DNA of 24,694 bases from a virus (lineage: Duplodnaviria; Caudoviricetes), in IMG/VR virus record IMGVR_UViG_3300020042_003684, positions 1 to 24,694 of that record; one strand, written 5' to 3'. The translations under genes were made by a program, and so were the position numbers. This document shows positions 8,394-15,387 of this stretch, piece after piece. Every line of letters starts with the position of its first letter. The first letter of the stretch is position 1. The notes under the pieces are model-generated. The model did no database searches. It saw only the letters and a list, made by a program, of their open reading frames with translations, and was not told the DNA's origin.

Positions 8394-9637
8394 TGGCCCT
8401 TCCTGCCACCATCTCTGTCAGCTTCGACTTCTCGCAAGGAGCGACCTTCGGTCTAGGTTTTGTGGTTGGCGATGAAAAGTACGGCATAATCGGTGTCGGT
8501 ACATTTGCAGCTTCAGAAGTATTAGATCCAGTCGTCGATCTAAGCGATGTTACTAGATCGATTAAGATTAGTCGTGGCCGCAATGTCATGCGTGACACAT
8601 ATGAGTCTGGATCATGCACAGTCCGAGTCCTTGACCCCAATTCATATTTCAATCCACAGAATGCAGCGTCCCCTTATTTTGGTTATCTCACCCCACTCCG
8701 CAAGATTCGCGTAGCTGCTACTACTGCTACTGCACAGCACTTTCTATTTTCGGGTTATGTAGATTCTTATAAGTATTACTACCCAACAGGGCAGGAGATC
8801 GGTTACGTCGATATCATCTGCTCAGATGCGTTCAGACTCTTTCAGATGGCTAACGTGGCTACAGTTGCAGATGCTACAGCTGGCCAGACTACCGGCACTC
8901 GAATCACAAAGATCCTTGATCAAGTCTCATTCCCTACATCCATGAGAATTACCGACACAGGCTCGACCACAGTTCAGGCAGATCCGGGCACAGCTCGCAC
9001 ATCCCTAGCAGCATTGAAAGCGGCCGAATTTGCGGAACAGGGGGCGTTCTGGATAAGAACCGATGGCACAGCTGAGTTTAAGGATCGCACCGATGTTGTG
9101 GGATCTTTAGCGGCCACGCCTATTGAGTTTAATCAGACCACAGGAATTCCCTACTCAGACCTCAAGTACGCCTTCGATGACAAGCTCATCGTCAATCAGG
9201 CCAGCATGACACGCATTGGCGGCACAGCGCAGACTGCTACAGATGCAACCTCAGCGGCAAAGTACTTTCCACATGGCACAACCGTGACAGACATGATCCC
9301 TGAGACAGATGCACAAGTCTTAGATATTGCAAAGATTTACGTTGCAACCAGAGCCGAGACAACTATCCGCATTGATGCCATGACCGTCGATCTACTTGAT
9401 CCAGATGTACCAACTGACACAATGATCGGCCTTGATTATTTTGACAATGTGAAGATAACCAATGTGCAGCCTGATTCGAGCACAATCGTTAAGACCCTGC
9501 AGGTGCAGGGCTTAGCATGGGACATAACCCCTAACAGTATGAAATGCACAGTTACAACACTTGAGCCTATAGTCGAGGGATTCATTATAGGATCATCGAC
9601 TTACGGTATAATCGGACAATCCATAATGGGATACTAG
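8393..9637 (+). CDS. Tail tip / baseplate hub protein
   Basis: Directly follows the tape measure; beta-rich; strongly conserved with 22051..23295. Confidence 0.75.
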   Translation: MALPATISVSFDFSQGATFGLGFVVGDEKYGIIGVGTFAASEVLDPVVDLSDVTRSIKISRGRNVMRDTYESGSCTVRVLDPNSYFNPQNAASPYFGYLTPLRKIRVAATTATAQHFLFSGYVDSYKYYYPTGQEIGYVDIICSDAFRLFQMANVATVADATAGQTTGTRITKILDQVSFPTSMRITDTGSTTVQADPGTARTSLAALKAAEFAEQGAFWIRTDGTAEFKDRTDVVGSLAATPIEFNQTTGIPYSDLKYAFDDKLIVNQASMTRIGGTAQTATDATSAAKYFPHGTTVTDMIPETDAQVLDIAKIYVATRAETTIRIDAMTVDLLDPDVPTDTMIGLDYFDNVKITNVQPDSSTIVKTLQVQGLAWDITPNSMKCTVTTLEPIVEGFIIGSSTYGIIGQSIMGY

Positions 9638-9646
9638 GAGAAAATC

Positions 9647-10036
9647 ATGGCAGAAGGCTTTCCAGCATCAACAGGCGACATCTTTACAGCCGCAGACTAT
9701 AACGGCCTAGTAGCCTTTACTGTAGGCGCAGCTCAGACTGCCGACTATACGGCCGTAATTGCCGATACCTATCAGGTCTTAGAGCTTATGAACAAGGCAA
9801 CGGCGATCGCTTATAAGATCCCTACTAACGCCTCGGTAGCATTCCCTGTCGGCACAGTATTAAACATCTTGAACGTCGGCGCAGGAGTCTGCACGATCTC
9901 AGCCGTAACCCCTGGCACTACTACAATTCTTTCGGCTGGCGCAGTAGCTGCCGCTCCTACCCTTTCACAATATAAAAGCGCAGCCGTAATTAAAACAGGT
10001 ACAGATTCTTGGTACTGCGTCGGGGCTATTGGATAA
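9647..10036 (+). CDS. Minor tail / fibre adaptor protein
   Basis: RBS AGGAG; TGDIFTAADYN fibre-type N-terminus; homolog at 21652..22041. Confidence 0.65.
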   Translation: MAEGFPASTGDIFTAADYNGLVAFTVGAAQTADYTAVIADTYQVLELMNKATAIAYKIPTNASVAFPVGTVLNILNVGAGVCTISAVTPGTTTILSAGAVAAAPTLSQYKSAAVIKTGTDSWYCVGAIG

Positions 10037-10889
10037 TGCTAAATAACCTAGTCGGTATATTGGGTGGCGTTCAAGTATCAGTATCGGGCGGCACTCTTTA
10101 CACATCGGGTGGATTTAACTACAGAGTTTTTACAGCTAATGGATCTTTAGTAATTACTGGCGGCTCGGTTACTATGGACATGTTAATTATTGCTGGCGGC
10201 GGTGGTGCTGGTGATGCTGGCGGCGGCGCAGGCGGCGTAATAACTCTTTCATCGCAGACGTTAAGCGCTAACACTTATGCCGTAACCGTGGGCGGCGGTG
10301 GTAACGGTGGTAAAAATGGGGTGTCAGCTGCGACTAAGGGTAGCGACTCACTCATAGCTGGATATACAACAGCACTCGGCGGTGGTCGAGGTCAGACACC
10401 TAATATTGGAAACCACAATTTAGATGGTGGATCGGGTGCAGGATCTGTCGATCAAGCAATAAACGGCGGTACGGGATCACAAGGTAGTAACGGCGGCAAG
10501 GGTTACACCGACGGCCTTTCATACGATTACGGCGGCGGCGGTGGAGGCTATTCGGTAGCAGGTGGCAACGCTGCAGTTCTAGCAAGCGGCTCTGGCGGTA
10601 ATGGAATTAGCACTTATTCATCTTGGGGTTCTGCAACAGGTACTGGACAGAATGTATCGGGGACTTATTGGTACGCTGGAGGCGGATCAGGCGGCGGAGG
10701 TAAAGCTGCACAATCTCCTACAATTGGAGCCGCAGGTTTTGGCGGTGGAGGCCTAGGCGCATACGTTATTACAGGATCGGGCGCTAACGGCACCACGAAT
10801 ACTGGTGGTGGCGGCGGCGGAGGAACGAGTTCACTACTTTTGCAGGTAATGGCGGTTCAGGTATTGTAATTGTGAGGTACGCAGCATGA
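10036..10889 (+). CDS. Glycine-rich tail fibre / receptor-binding protein (1-nt deletion near 10823-10840)
   Basis: IIAGGGG and YAGGG motifs. The family C-terminus GNGGSGIVIVRYAA* is in another frame and its TGA overlaps the next ATG. The span is 854 nt, one short of a multiple of 3. Confidence 0.8.
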
Positions 10890-11179
10890 GTCATTGGGCA
10901 GAAATCGATGAAGATTCTAAAGTAATCCGCGTACTCGTTGGAGACAACAACGATCCAGCAGGCGATGAAGGCTATCAATGGCTTATAGATAATCTTGGCG
11001 GCACATGGATTAAGACAAGCTATAACTCAACTATTCGCTACAACTATGCAGGCGTAGGATTTACTTACGATCCGATCGATGATGCATTTATCTCACCTAT
11101 GCCATGCGAACATGCAGAATTGACTTTAAACGATCTTAAACGATGGGAGTGTTCAACCTGTGAAGCCGCGTTTAAGTAA
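10886..11179 (+). CDS. Small fibre-associated protein
   Basis: MSHWAEID...KTSYN..IRYNYAG.G.TYD..DAFI motif; homolog at 20553..20855. Confidence 0.7.
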   Translation: MSHWAEIDEDSKVIRVLVGDNNDPAGDEGYQWLIDNLGGTWIKTSYNSTIRYNYAGVGFTYDPIDDAFISPMPCEHAELTLNDLKRWECSTCEAAFK

Positions 11180-11590
11180 GTCAGCGATTCAACTGCGCGA
11201 ACAAATAGACGATGCCTACGCAGATCGAGATAGAACTTCGGACGGCTGGATCGGTGATACACGACACGCTGCTCGCAAGTCTGATCATAATCCAGATGTA
11301 CAAGGATGGGTTCGTGCCATCGATGTTGACCGCGACCTTAACGGCAAAGGCCGGAAGCCCGATGTCATGCCTGACTTGGTCGATCAGATTCGACTCCTTG
11401 CAAAGTCTGGCGATAAAAGAATCTCTTACATCATCTTCGATGGAAGATCGCATCATCTAAGAAGGCTTGGGCTTGGCGTCCTTATGATGGGATCAATAAG
11501 CATAATCATCACGCACATATCAGCTTTACTGTCAGGGGCGATTACGATAATTCGTTCTTCAATATCCCGATGATAGGTGGCAAACAATGA
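11160..11590 (+). CDS. Endolysin, LAS/M15-like Zn peptidase (1-nt deletion at ~11445)
   Basis: SDHNP..VRAID motif; the HxH motif (HAHISF) lies in the shifted frame. The intact homolog 20144..20572 shows the correct frame. Confidence 0.8.
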
Positions 11591-11730
11591 ACATGAAGCA
11601 TCCAGTAATAATCTCAGTCGGAGCATTCTTGGCCGTATGGGGAACTACATCTAATTTTGCTCTAGACTACCGGGCCATCCTTGGCTCGATCGTAGCTGGA
11701 GTATTCGGATACGCGACACCTAAGAAATGA
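11587..11730 (+). CDS. Putative holin, 47 aa, two hydrophobic segments (not in ORF track)
   Basis: MNMKHPVIISVGAFLAVWGTTSNFALDYRAILGSIVAGVFGYATPKK*; ATGA overlaps at both ends; follows the endolysin. Confidence 0.7.
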   Translation: MNMKHPVIISVGAFLAVWGTTSNFALDYRAILGSIVAGVFGYATPKK

Positions 11731-11876
11731 GCACATCGGACTTAATGACACTCTACTTTGCCAGCCTTGCCGTCATCGGTGGGCTTGCAGGGTACGTGAT
11801 CACTCATCTACTCTCTGAAATTAAAAGACTTAACTCGCGTGTCGATGAGATTTATAACATCCTTTTAGAGCGATAA
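11727..11876 (+). CDS. 49-aa membrane/coiled-coil lysis accessory protein (not in ORF track)
   Basis: MSTSDLMTLYFASLAVIGGLAGYVITHLLSEIKRLNSRVDEIYNILLER*; the last 40 aa are identical in B (19813..19962) with synonymous changes. Confidence 0.85.
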   Translation: MSTSDLMTLYFASLAVIGGLAGYVITHLLSEIKRLNSRVDEIYNILLER

Positions 11877-11885
11877 TTTTTGACA
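11872..11885 (+). promoter_or_regulatory. Possible leaderless promoter -10 box (GATAAT-N7-ATG)
   Basis: GATAATTTTTGACATG is identical in A and B; no SD sequence upstream of the ATG. Confidence 0.45.
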
Positions 11886-12112
11886 TGGCGCGCAAAAAGA
11901 CAATCGACCTAGAGGCTTACTCTATGCTTGAAAGTTATTGCATTGGGATTAACGAGTATTTCAAAGCGCTTAGGAAGTCAGGCTTTACCGTAGATCAGGC
12001 GCTTTACATAGTAACCGCAGTTGATACTTACCCAGCAACAATTCTTCCTGCGCCTAATTGGCTTCCTGCATCACCCGACCGTATACCCTATGAGGACGAC
12101 GACGAGGATTAA
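11885..12112 (+). CDS. Hypothetical protein with acidic tail (YEDDDED)
   Basis: Homolog at 19586..19804; shared ALRxxGF motif. Confidence 0.85.
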   Translation: MARKKTIDLEAYSMLESYCIGINEYFKALRKSGFTVDQALYIVTAVDTYPATILPAPNWLPASPDRIPYEDDDED

Positions 12113-12859
12113 ATGAAGCGCATAGTCATAGTGAGCGACCTACAGGTTCCGTTCCACGATAGACACGCAGTCAAGAATCTAGCCAGTTTCATAACAAAGT
12201 TTAAGCCGCACGAAGTCGTTACAATTGGCGATGAGATTGATTTTAATACGATTAGCAAGTGGTCAGAAGGGACGCCAGAGGCTTATGAGCAGACTCTTGG
12301 AGATGATCGCGATGAGGCTGTTCAGGTACTTTACGACCTACAGGTGACACAGATGATCCGTTCTAATCACACCGATCGCCTATACACGCAGATCATGCGT
12401 AAGATCCCGTCATTCTTGTCATTGCCTGAATTGCGCTTTGAGAAGTTTATGCAGCTTGACCAGTTAGGGATTACCTTTCATCGCAAGCCTTACAACATCG
12501 CGCCGGGCTGGATAGCAGTCCACGGCGATCACACGCCTATCAAGTCTCAAGGCGGTCTATCAGCCCTAGAAGCAGCCCGTAGGCATGGCAAGAGCGTCAT
12601 CTCAGGACATACTCACAGGGCAGGCAGATCGTCCTTCTCAGAGGCCTCTGGAGGCCGTATAGGGCGTGTTCTGCATGGCGTAGAAGTAGGCAATCTTATG
12701 GATTTTAGCAAGGCCAGTTACACAAAGGGATCGGCTAACTGGCAACAGGCATTCGCCATCATGTACGTCGATGGCAAGAATGTGCAGGTTGATATTATCT
12801 ACATCGAGAAGGACGGGACATTCGTCGTCTCAGGTAAGCGTTATGGACGACCTAGATAA
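12113..12859 (+). CDS. Calcineurin-like metallophosphoesterase
   Basis: Motifs SDLQ, GDEID, SNH, HGD, GHTH. Confidence 0.92.
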   Translation: MKRIVIVSDLQVPFHDRHAVKNLASFITKFKPHEVVTIGDEIDFNTISKWSEGTPEAYEQTLGDDRDEAVQVLYDLQVTQMIRSNHTDRLYTQIMRKIPSFLSLPELRFEKFMQLDQLGITFHRKPYNIAPGWIAVHGDHTPIKSQGGLSALEAARRHGKSVISGHTHRAGRSSFSEASGGRIGRVLHGVEVGNLMDFSKASYTKGSANWQQAFAIMYVDGKNVQVDIIYIEKDGTFVVSGKRYGRPR

Positions 12860-12953
12860 CGAGCTTGATCGGGACATCGATGATCACATCGATGACGCAG
12901 AATCGTTACCATTTCGTTACCTCAATTCTCTAGAATTCCCCCTTAGGGCGTGA
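12843..12953 (+). CDS. 36-aa acidic microprotein
   Basis: MDDLDNELDRDIDDHIDDAESLPFRYLNSLEFPLRA*; B has an ORF of the same length with five synonymous substitutions. Confidence 0.6.
   Translation: MDDLDNELDRDIDDHIDDAESLPFRYLNSLEFPLRA
12905..12920 (+). promoter_or_regulatory. GTTAC-N6-GTTAC direct repeat (OmpR-family, MtrA/GlnR-like box)
   Basis: TCGTTACC repeated with an 11-bp period; nearly invariant in B (18779-18794). Confidence 0.5.
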
Positions 12954-12984
12954 GACAGTTTAGCCATCGACCAAGGGCGTCGAT
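12951..12984 (+). promoter_or_regulatory. Putative early promoter (TGA-GACAGT extended -10) with 5' hairpin
   Basis: TGAGACAGT is conserved in A and B. The hairpin ATCGAC/GTCGAT begins 7 nt downstream and shows a compensatory change in B. Confidence 0.5.
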
Positions 12985-12998
12985 AGAAAAGCTCAAAC

Positions 12999-13154
12999 AT
13001 GTTTGATCCATCATTAGGCGACTTGCTTGCAATGATTGTAATGTCGGCACTATATTTCCATTTAGGCCGTATTGTCGGCATCCGCGTAGGTTATCTCAAA
13101 GGCCGCAAAGCTGTCAGAGATTACTACGCCTCAAAAGAAAGGGTTCGAGTGTGA
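12999..13154 (+). CDS. 51-aa membrane protein (not in ORF track)
   Basis: MFDPSLGDLLAMIVMSALYFHLGRIVGIRVGYLKGRKAVRDYYASKERVRV*; GTGA overlap with next gene; homolog at 18545..18700. Confidence 0.85.
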   Translation: MFDPSLGDLLAMIVMSALYFHLGRIVGIRVGYLKGRKAVRDYYASKERVRV

Positions 13155-13426
13155 ATGCAGGTGATTTCCTCTCAGAAGCAAAAGCAACAATTCAAGATCG
13201 TGGAATGGACTACGGACACCCGTCAGACAATATGTCCAGAACAGCACGACTCTGGTCAGCATTCCTCGAAATGCCTATTACTGACTATCAAGTGGCGTCA
13301 TGCATGGTCTTGGTCAAGCTCGCACGAAGTATGGAATCTGGAAAGGTCGATACATACATCGACGCTGCAGCCTATATGGCAATAGCAGGCCAACTACACA
13401 CAGAGGAGAATGAACTGTATGTTTAA
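13151..13426 (+). CDS. DUF6378-like protein
   Basis: DRGxxYGHP ... VKLAR ... D.YIDAAAY motifs. Confidence 0.8.
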   Translation: MNAGDFLSEAKATIQDRGMDYGHPSDNMSRTARLWSAFLEMPITDYQVASCMVLVKLARSMESGKVDTYIDAAAYMAIAGQLHTEENELYV

Positions 13427-14114
13427 TTTAGAAGATTATGAAACAGTAGAAGAACGACTTATTAAGTTTTGGAAGGATCATCCAGATGGCCGAATTGATA
13501 CGAAGTTGGTTGAGGCAAGTGCTACACGTTTTATCGTACAGGCTTACATATACAGAACTGAAGCTGATCAATACCCTTGGACTTCTGGGCTCGCAGAAGA
13601 AACGATATCGGGGCGTGGAGTCAATGCTACTTCTGCTCTCGAAAATTGTGAAACGTCTGCGATTGGTCGTGCTCTCGCTTCGGCTGGCTATGCGACAAAG
13701 GGAAAGAGACCTAGCCGAGAAGAGATGTCTAAAGTCGCAAAGGCTGATCAAGTGACATCGACCATCCAAGAAGTAAAGGCAAAGATGGCAGACACATCTG
13801 GCAGTTACATTCCAGTAGTAAAGGAGGACGATCCATGGACTATCAAGCCAGCGACTATGCCGCCCACAATGGGGGAAGCTGTATCGATGGTGAAAGAGAT
13901 CATTGGCGGCCAGACCGAGAAGGATATCCCTCACTGCAAGCATGGTGAGATGATGTGGAAGACCGGCACGACAAAGGCTGGCAAGCCATGGGGTCACTTC
14001 AAGTGCCCTTATGCAGTAACTGGTGAGTTGACTAGATGCCCAGCTCCTAACGATGTAATTTGGTACGAGATCAACAAAGAGGGCGCATGGCAGCGCCAGA
14101 AGGCGAGAGTTTAA
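13419..14114 (+). CDS. Rad52/Sak-like single-strand annealing protein with C-terminal Zn-binding domain
   Basis: YETVEERL and TSALENCETSAIGRAL motifs; C-terminal CKHG...C...C. Confidence 0.7.
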   Translation: MFNLEDYETVEERLIKFWKDHPDGRIDTKLVEASATRFIVQAYIYRTEADQYPWTSGLAEETISGRGVNATSALENCETSAIGRALASAGYATKGKRPSREEMSKVAKADQVTSTIQEVKAKMADTSGSYIPVVKEDDPWTIKPATMPPTMGEAVSMVKEIIGGQTEKDIPHCKHGEMMWKTGTTKAGKPWGHFKCPYAVTGELTRCPAPNDVIWYEINKEGAWQRQKARV

Positions 14115-14344
14115 TGGGACGTTTACAGTTCATGAACCAAGATGGTGAATGGGAGCAATTCCCAACAGAAGATGAGATCCATCGATCTAAGGAAGTCATA
14201 GCAATCTTTGAGGAGTTTACATTCACGACTCGATGCTGCTTATGCAATGAGTCGATTCCCTACAAAGACATCAAAGTGAATCTGACCAATAAGAGCTGGT
14301 CATGCGCTAAGTGCCACGCGGTCAATGGCCTCACAAAGCCGTAA
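14114..14344 (+). CDS. Small zinc-finger protein
   Basis: CCLC...CAKC; TAATG coupling places the start at 14114. Confidence 0.75.
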   Translation: MGRLQFMNQDGEWEQFPTEDEIHRSKEVIAIFEEFTFTTRCCLCNESIPYKDIKVNLTNKSWSCAKCHAVNGLTKP

Positions 14345-14765
14345 GTATCGAGGATTCTCGACCGAGCGTGTAGTCGCCCGTTACCTATCGGAGTGGTGGC
14401 CACATGCAAATATCGGTCGAGGGGCTGGAAAAGATATCACAGGCGTCCCGTTCGACGTCGAGGTGAAGGCTAGATCGGCGTTCCAGCCAAAGGCGTGGAT
14501 CGATCAGGTCACAAAGAGAGCAAAGAAAACTGGTGATTTGCCGCTCGTAGTTAGTCGATTGAATGGCCAAGGGGAGAAGAGTCCTCAGGACTACCTAGCC
14601 TTCATGAGATTAGGTGATCTGGTCGATCTATTGCTTAAGGCCGGTTACGGGGATTTAAGCGATGATATTGGTAAACTTAATGTAATGAGATGCAAGATGT
14701 GCGGCGTATGGTCGTTCACTGAGACATGCAGAACATGTGAGGTCGATCCAGATGCCAACCTATGA
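14325..14765 (+). CDS. PD-(D/E)XK nuclease, Holliday junction resolvase-like
   Basis: RG..TE..V, GKDI and DVEVK motifs; C-terminal CxxC...CxxC. Confidence 0.8.
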   Translation: MASQSRKYRGFSTERVVARYLSEWWPHANIGRGAGKDITGVPFDVEVKARSAFQPKAWIDQVTKRAKKTGDLPLVVSRLNGQGEKSPQDYLAFMRLGDLVDLLLKAGYGDLSDDIGKLNVMRCKMCGVWSFTETCRTCEVDPDANL

Positions 14766-14940
14766 ATTCGAGTGCGATAACGAACACTGTGAATCCAATG
14801 CAAGAATTGAGAAATGGATGTCAATCCATGAGCCTCATGATCTGGAATGCCCGTTCTGTCATAGCTCGATGAGCAAGGTCTATTCGAGTGTAGGAGTCTC
14901 ATTTAAGGGGACAGGGTTCTACAGTACGGATAACAGATGA
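14752..14940 (+). CDS. FmdB-family zinc ribbon protein
   Basis: MPTYEFEC...C...CPFC...FKGTGFYSTD signature. Confidence 0.9.
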   Translation: MPTYEFECDNEHCESNARIEKWMSIHEPHDLECPFCHSSMSKVYSSVGVSFKGTGFYSTDNR

Positions 14941-14941
14941 G

Positions 14942-15012
14942 TTATGCACACCTGTGGATAAGTAAGTGTAGAAACATCACTTCACGCTTAAGACACGCCC
15001 ATGTTATACACA
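14942..15012. promoter_or_regulatory. Cluster of three DnaA boxes (candidate replication origin)
   Basis: TTATGCACA 14942-14950, TGTGGATAA 14953-14961 (perfect, inverted) and TTATACACA 15004-15012 all match TTATNCACA. Confidence 0.7.
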
Positions 15013-15015
15013 TGC

Positions 15016-15088
15016 TTGACATCGCTGGTACTCTCAGGGCTAGAGCCCATCAAGGGCTCACCGCAGGCCGTTCACGGCAAGCCTGCGG
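15016..15088 (+). promoter_or_regulatory. Putative promoter (TGG-TACTCT) followed by two conserved hairpins
   Basis: GAGCCC/GGGCTC at 15043-15059 and CCGCAGGC/GCCTGCGG at 15061-15088; equivalent stems are present in B. Confidence 0.55.
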
Positions 15089-15330
15089 GGTAGCCATCGC
15101 TATTGGGATAGCTCTATCTATCGCAATGCCGCTAGATGCACAGGCGAATGACCTAGCAATTAAACAACTAAAACAATTGGCTAATTATCAGCTTACAGAT
15201 AAGCAATATAAATGCCATAACGAGATCATTTATAGAGAGTCTCGATGGGACTATAAGGCAGTAGGTAACCTTAATGGGACAAAGAGAGTCTATGGGCTTT
15301 ATCAGATGAAGACCGAGAGCCTTAAGAAAT

Positions 15331-15338
15331 CAACACCT
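15331..15338. other. Inversion junction between genome A and genome B (CAACACCT)
   Basis: Reads as ..STP of the SLT-like gene on + and as ..EVL of an HNH-like N-terminus on -; both genes break here. Confidence 0.8.
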
Positions 15339-15387
15339 CAAGGCGTCTGGCTCTATAGGCTCTACTGTCTCTAGGATCTTTTGGCAA
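15331..15387 (-). pseudogene. 5' fragment of probable packaging-associated HNH gene, genome B
   Basis: TTG-started MPKDPRDSRAYRARRLEVL overlapping the stop of the upstream HNH; cut by the junction. Confidence 0.6.

Larger units (their letters stand above)
120..15338 (+). mobile_element. Phage genome A: near-complete miniature siphovirus
   Basis: Co-oriented, tightly overlapping genes in canonical order: terminase, portal, capsid, tail, lysis, DNA metabolism. No integrase or host genes seen. Confidence 0.93.
14937..15338 (+). pseudogene. Secreted SLT/lysozyme-like protein, truncated at the junction
   Basis: Signal peptide ending AQA, RESRW and YGLYQ motifs. Homology to 15820..16299 ends abruptly after KSTP, so the residues QGVWLYRLYCL are chimeric read-through. 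Confidence 0.85.

Noticed and set aside
10190-10830. GGC/GGT repeats as a tandem repeat or CRISPR array
   Set aside because: These are glycine codons; there is no fixed repeat-spacer structure and no cas genes.
11160-11573. Endolysin with a novel C-terminus or a programmed frameshift
   Set aside because: No slippery site; the B homolog is intact; the shift fits a homopolymer error.
13428-13997. Long antisense ORF also present in B (17699..18238)
   Set aside because: Shadow of the annealing-protein gene; its conservation follows from the sense gene. The same applies to the other antisense and alternate-frame ORFs in the track.
15016-15021. TTGACA as the -35 box for TACTCT
   Set aside because: Spacing is only 7 nt; the hexamer is conserved but its role is unclear.
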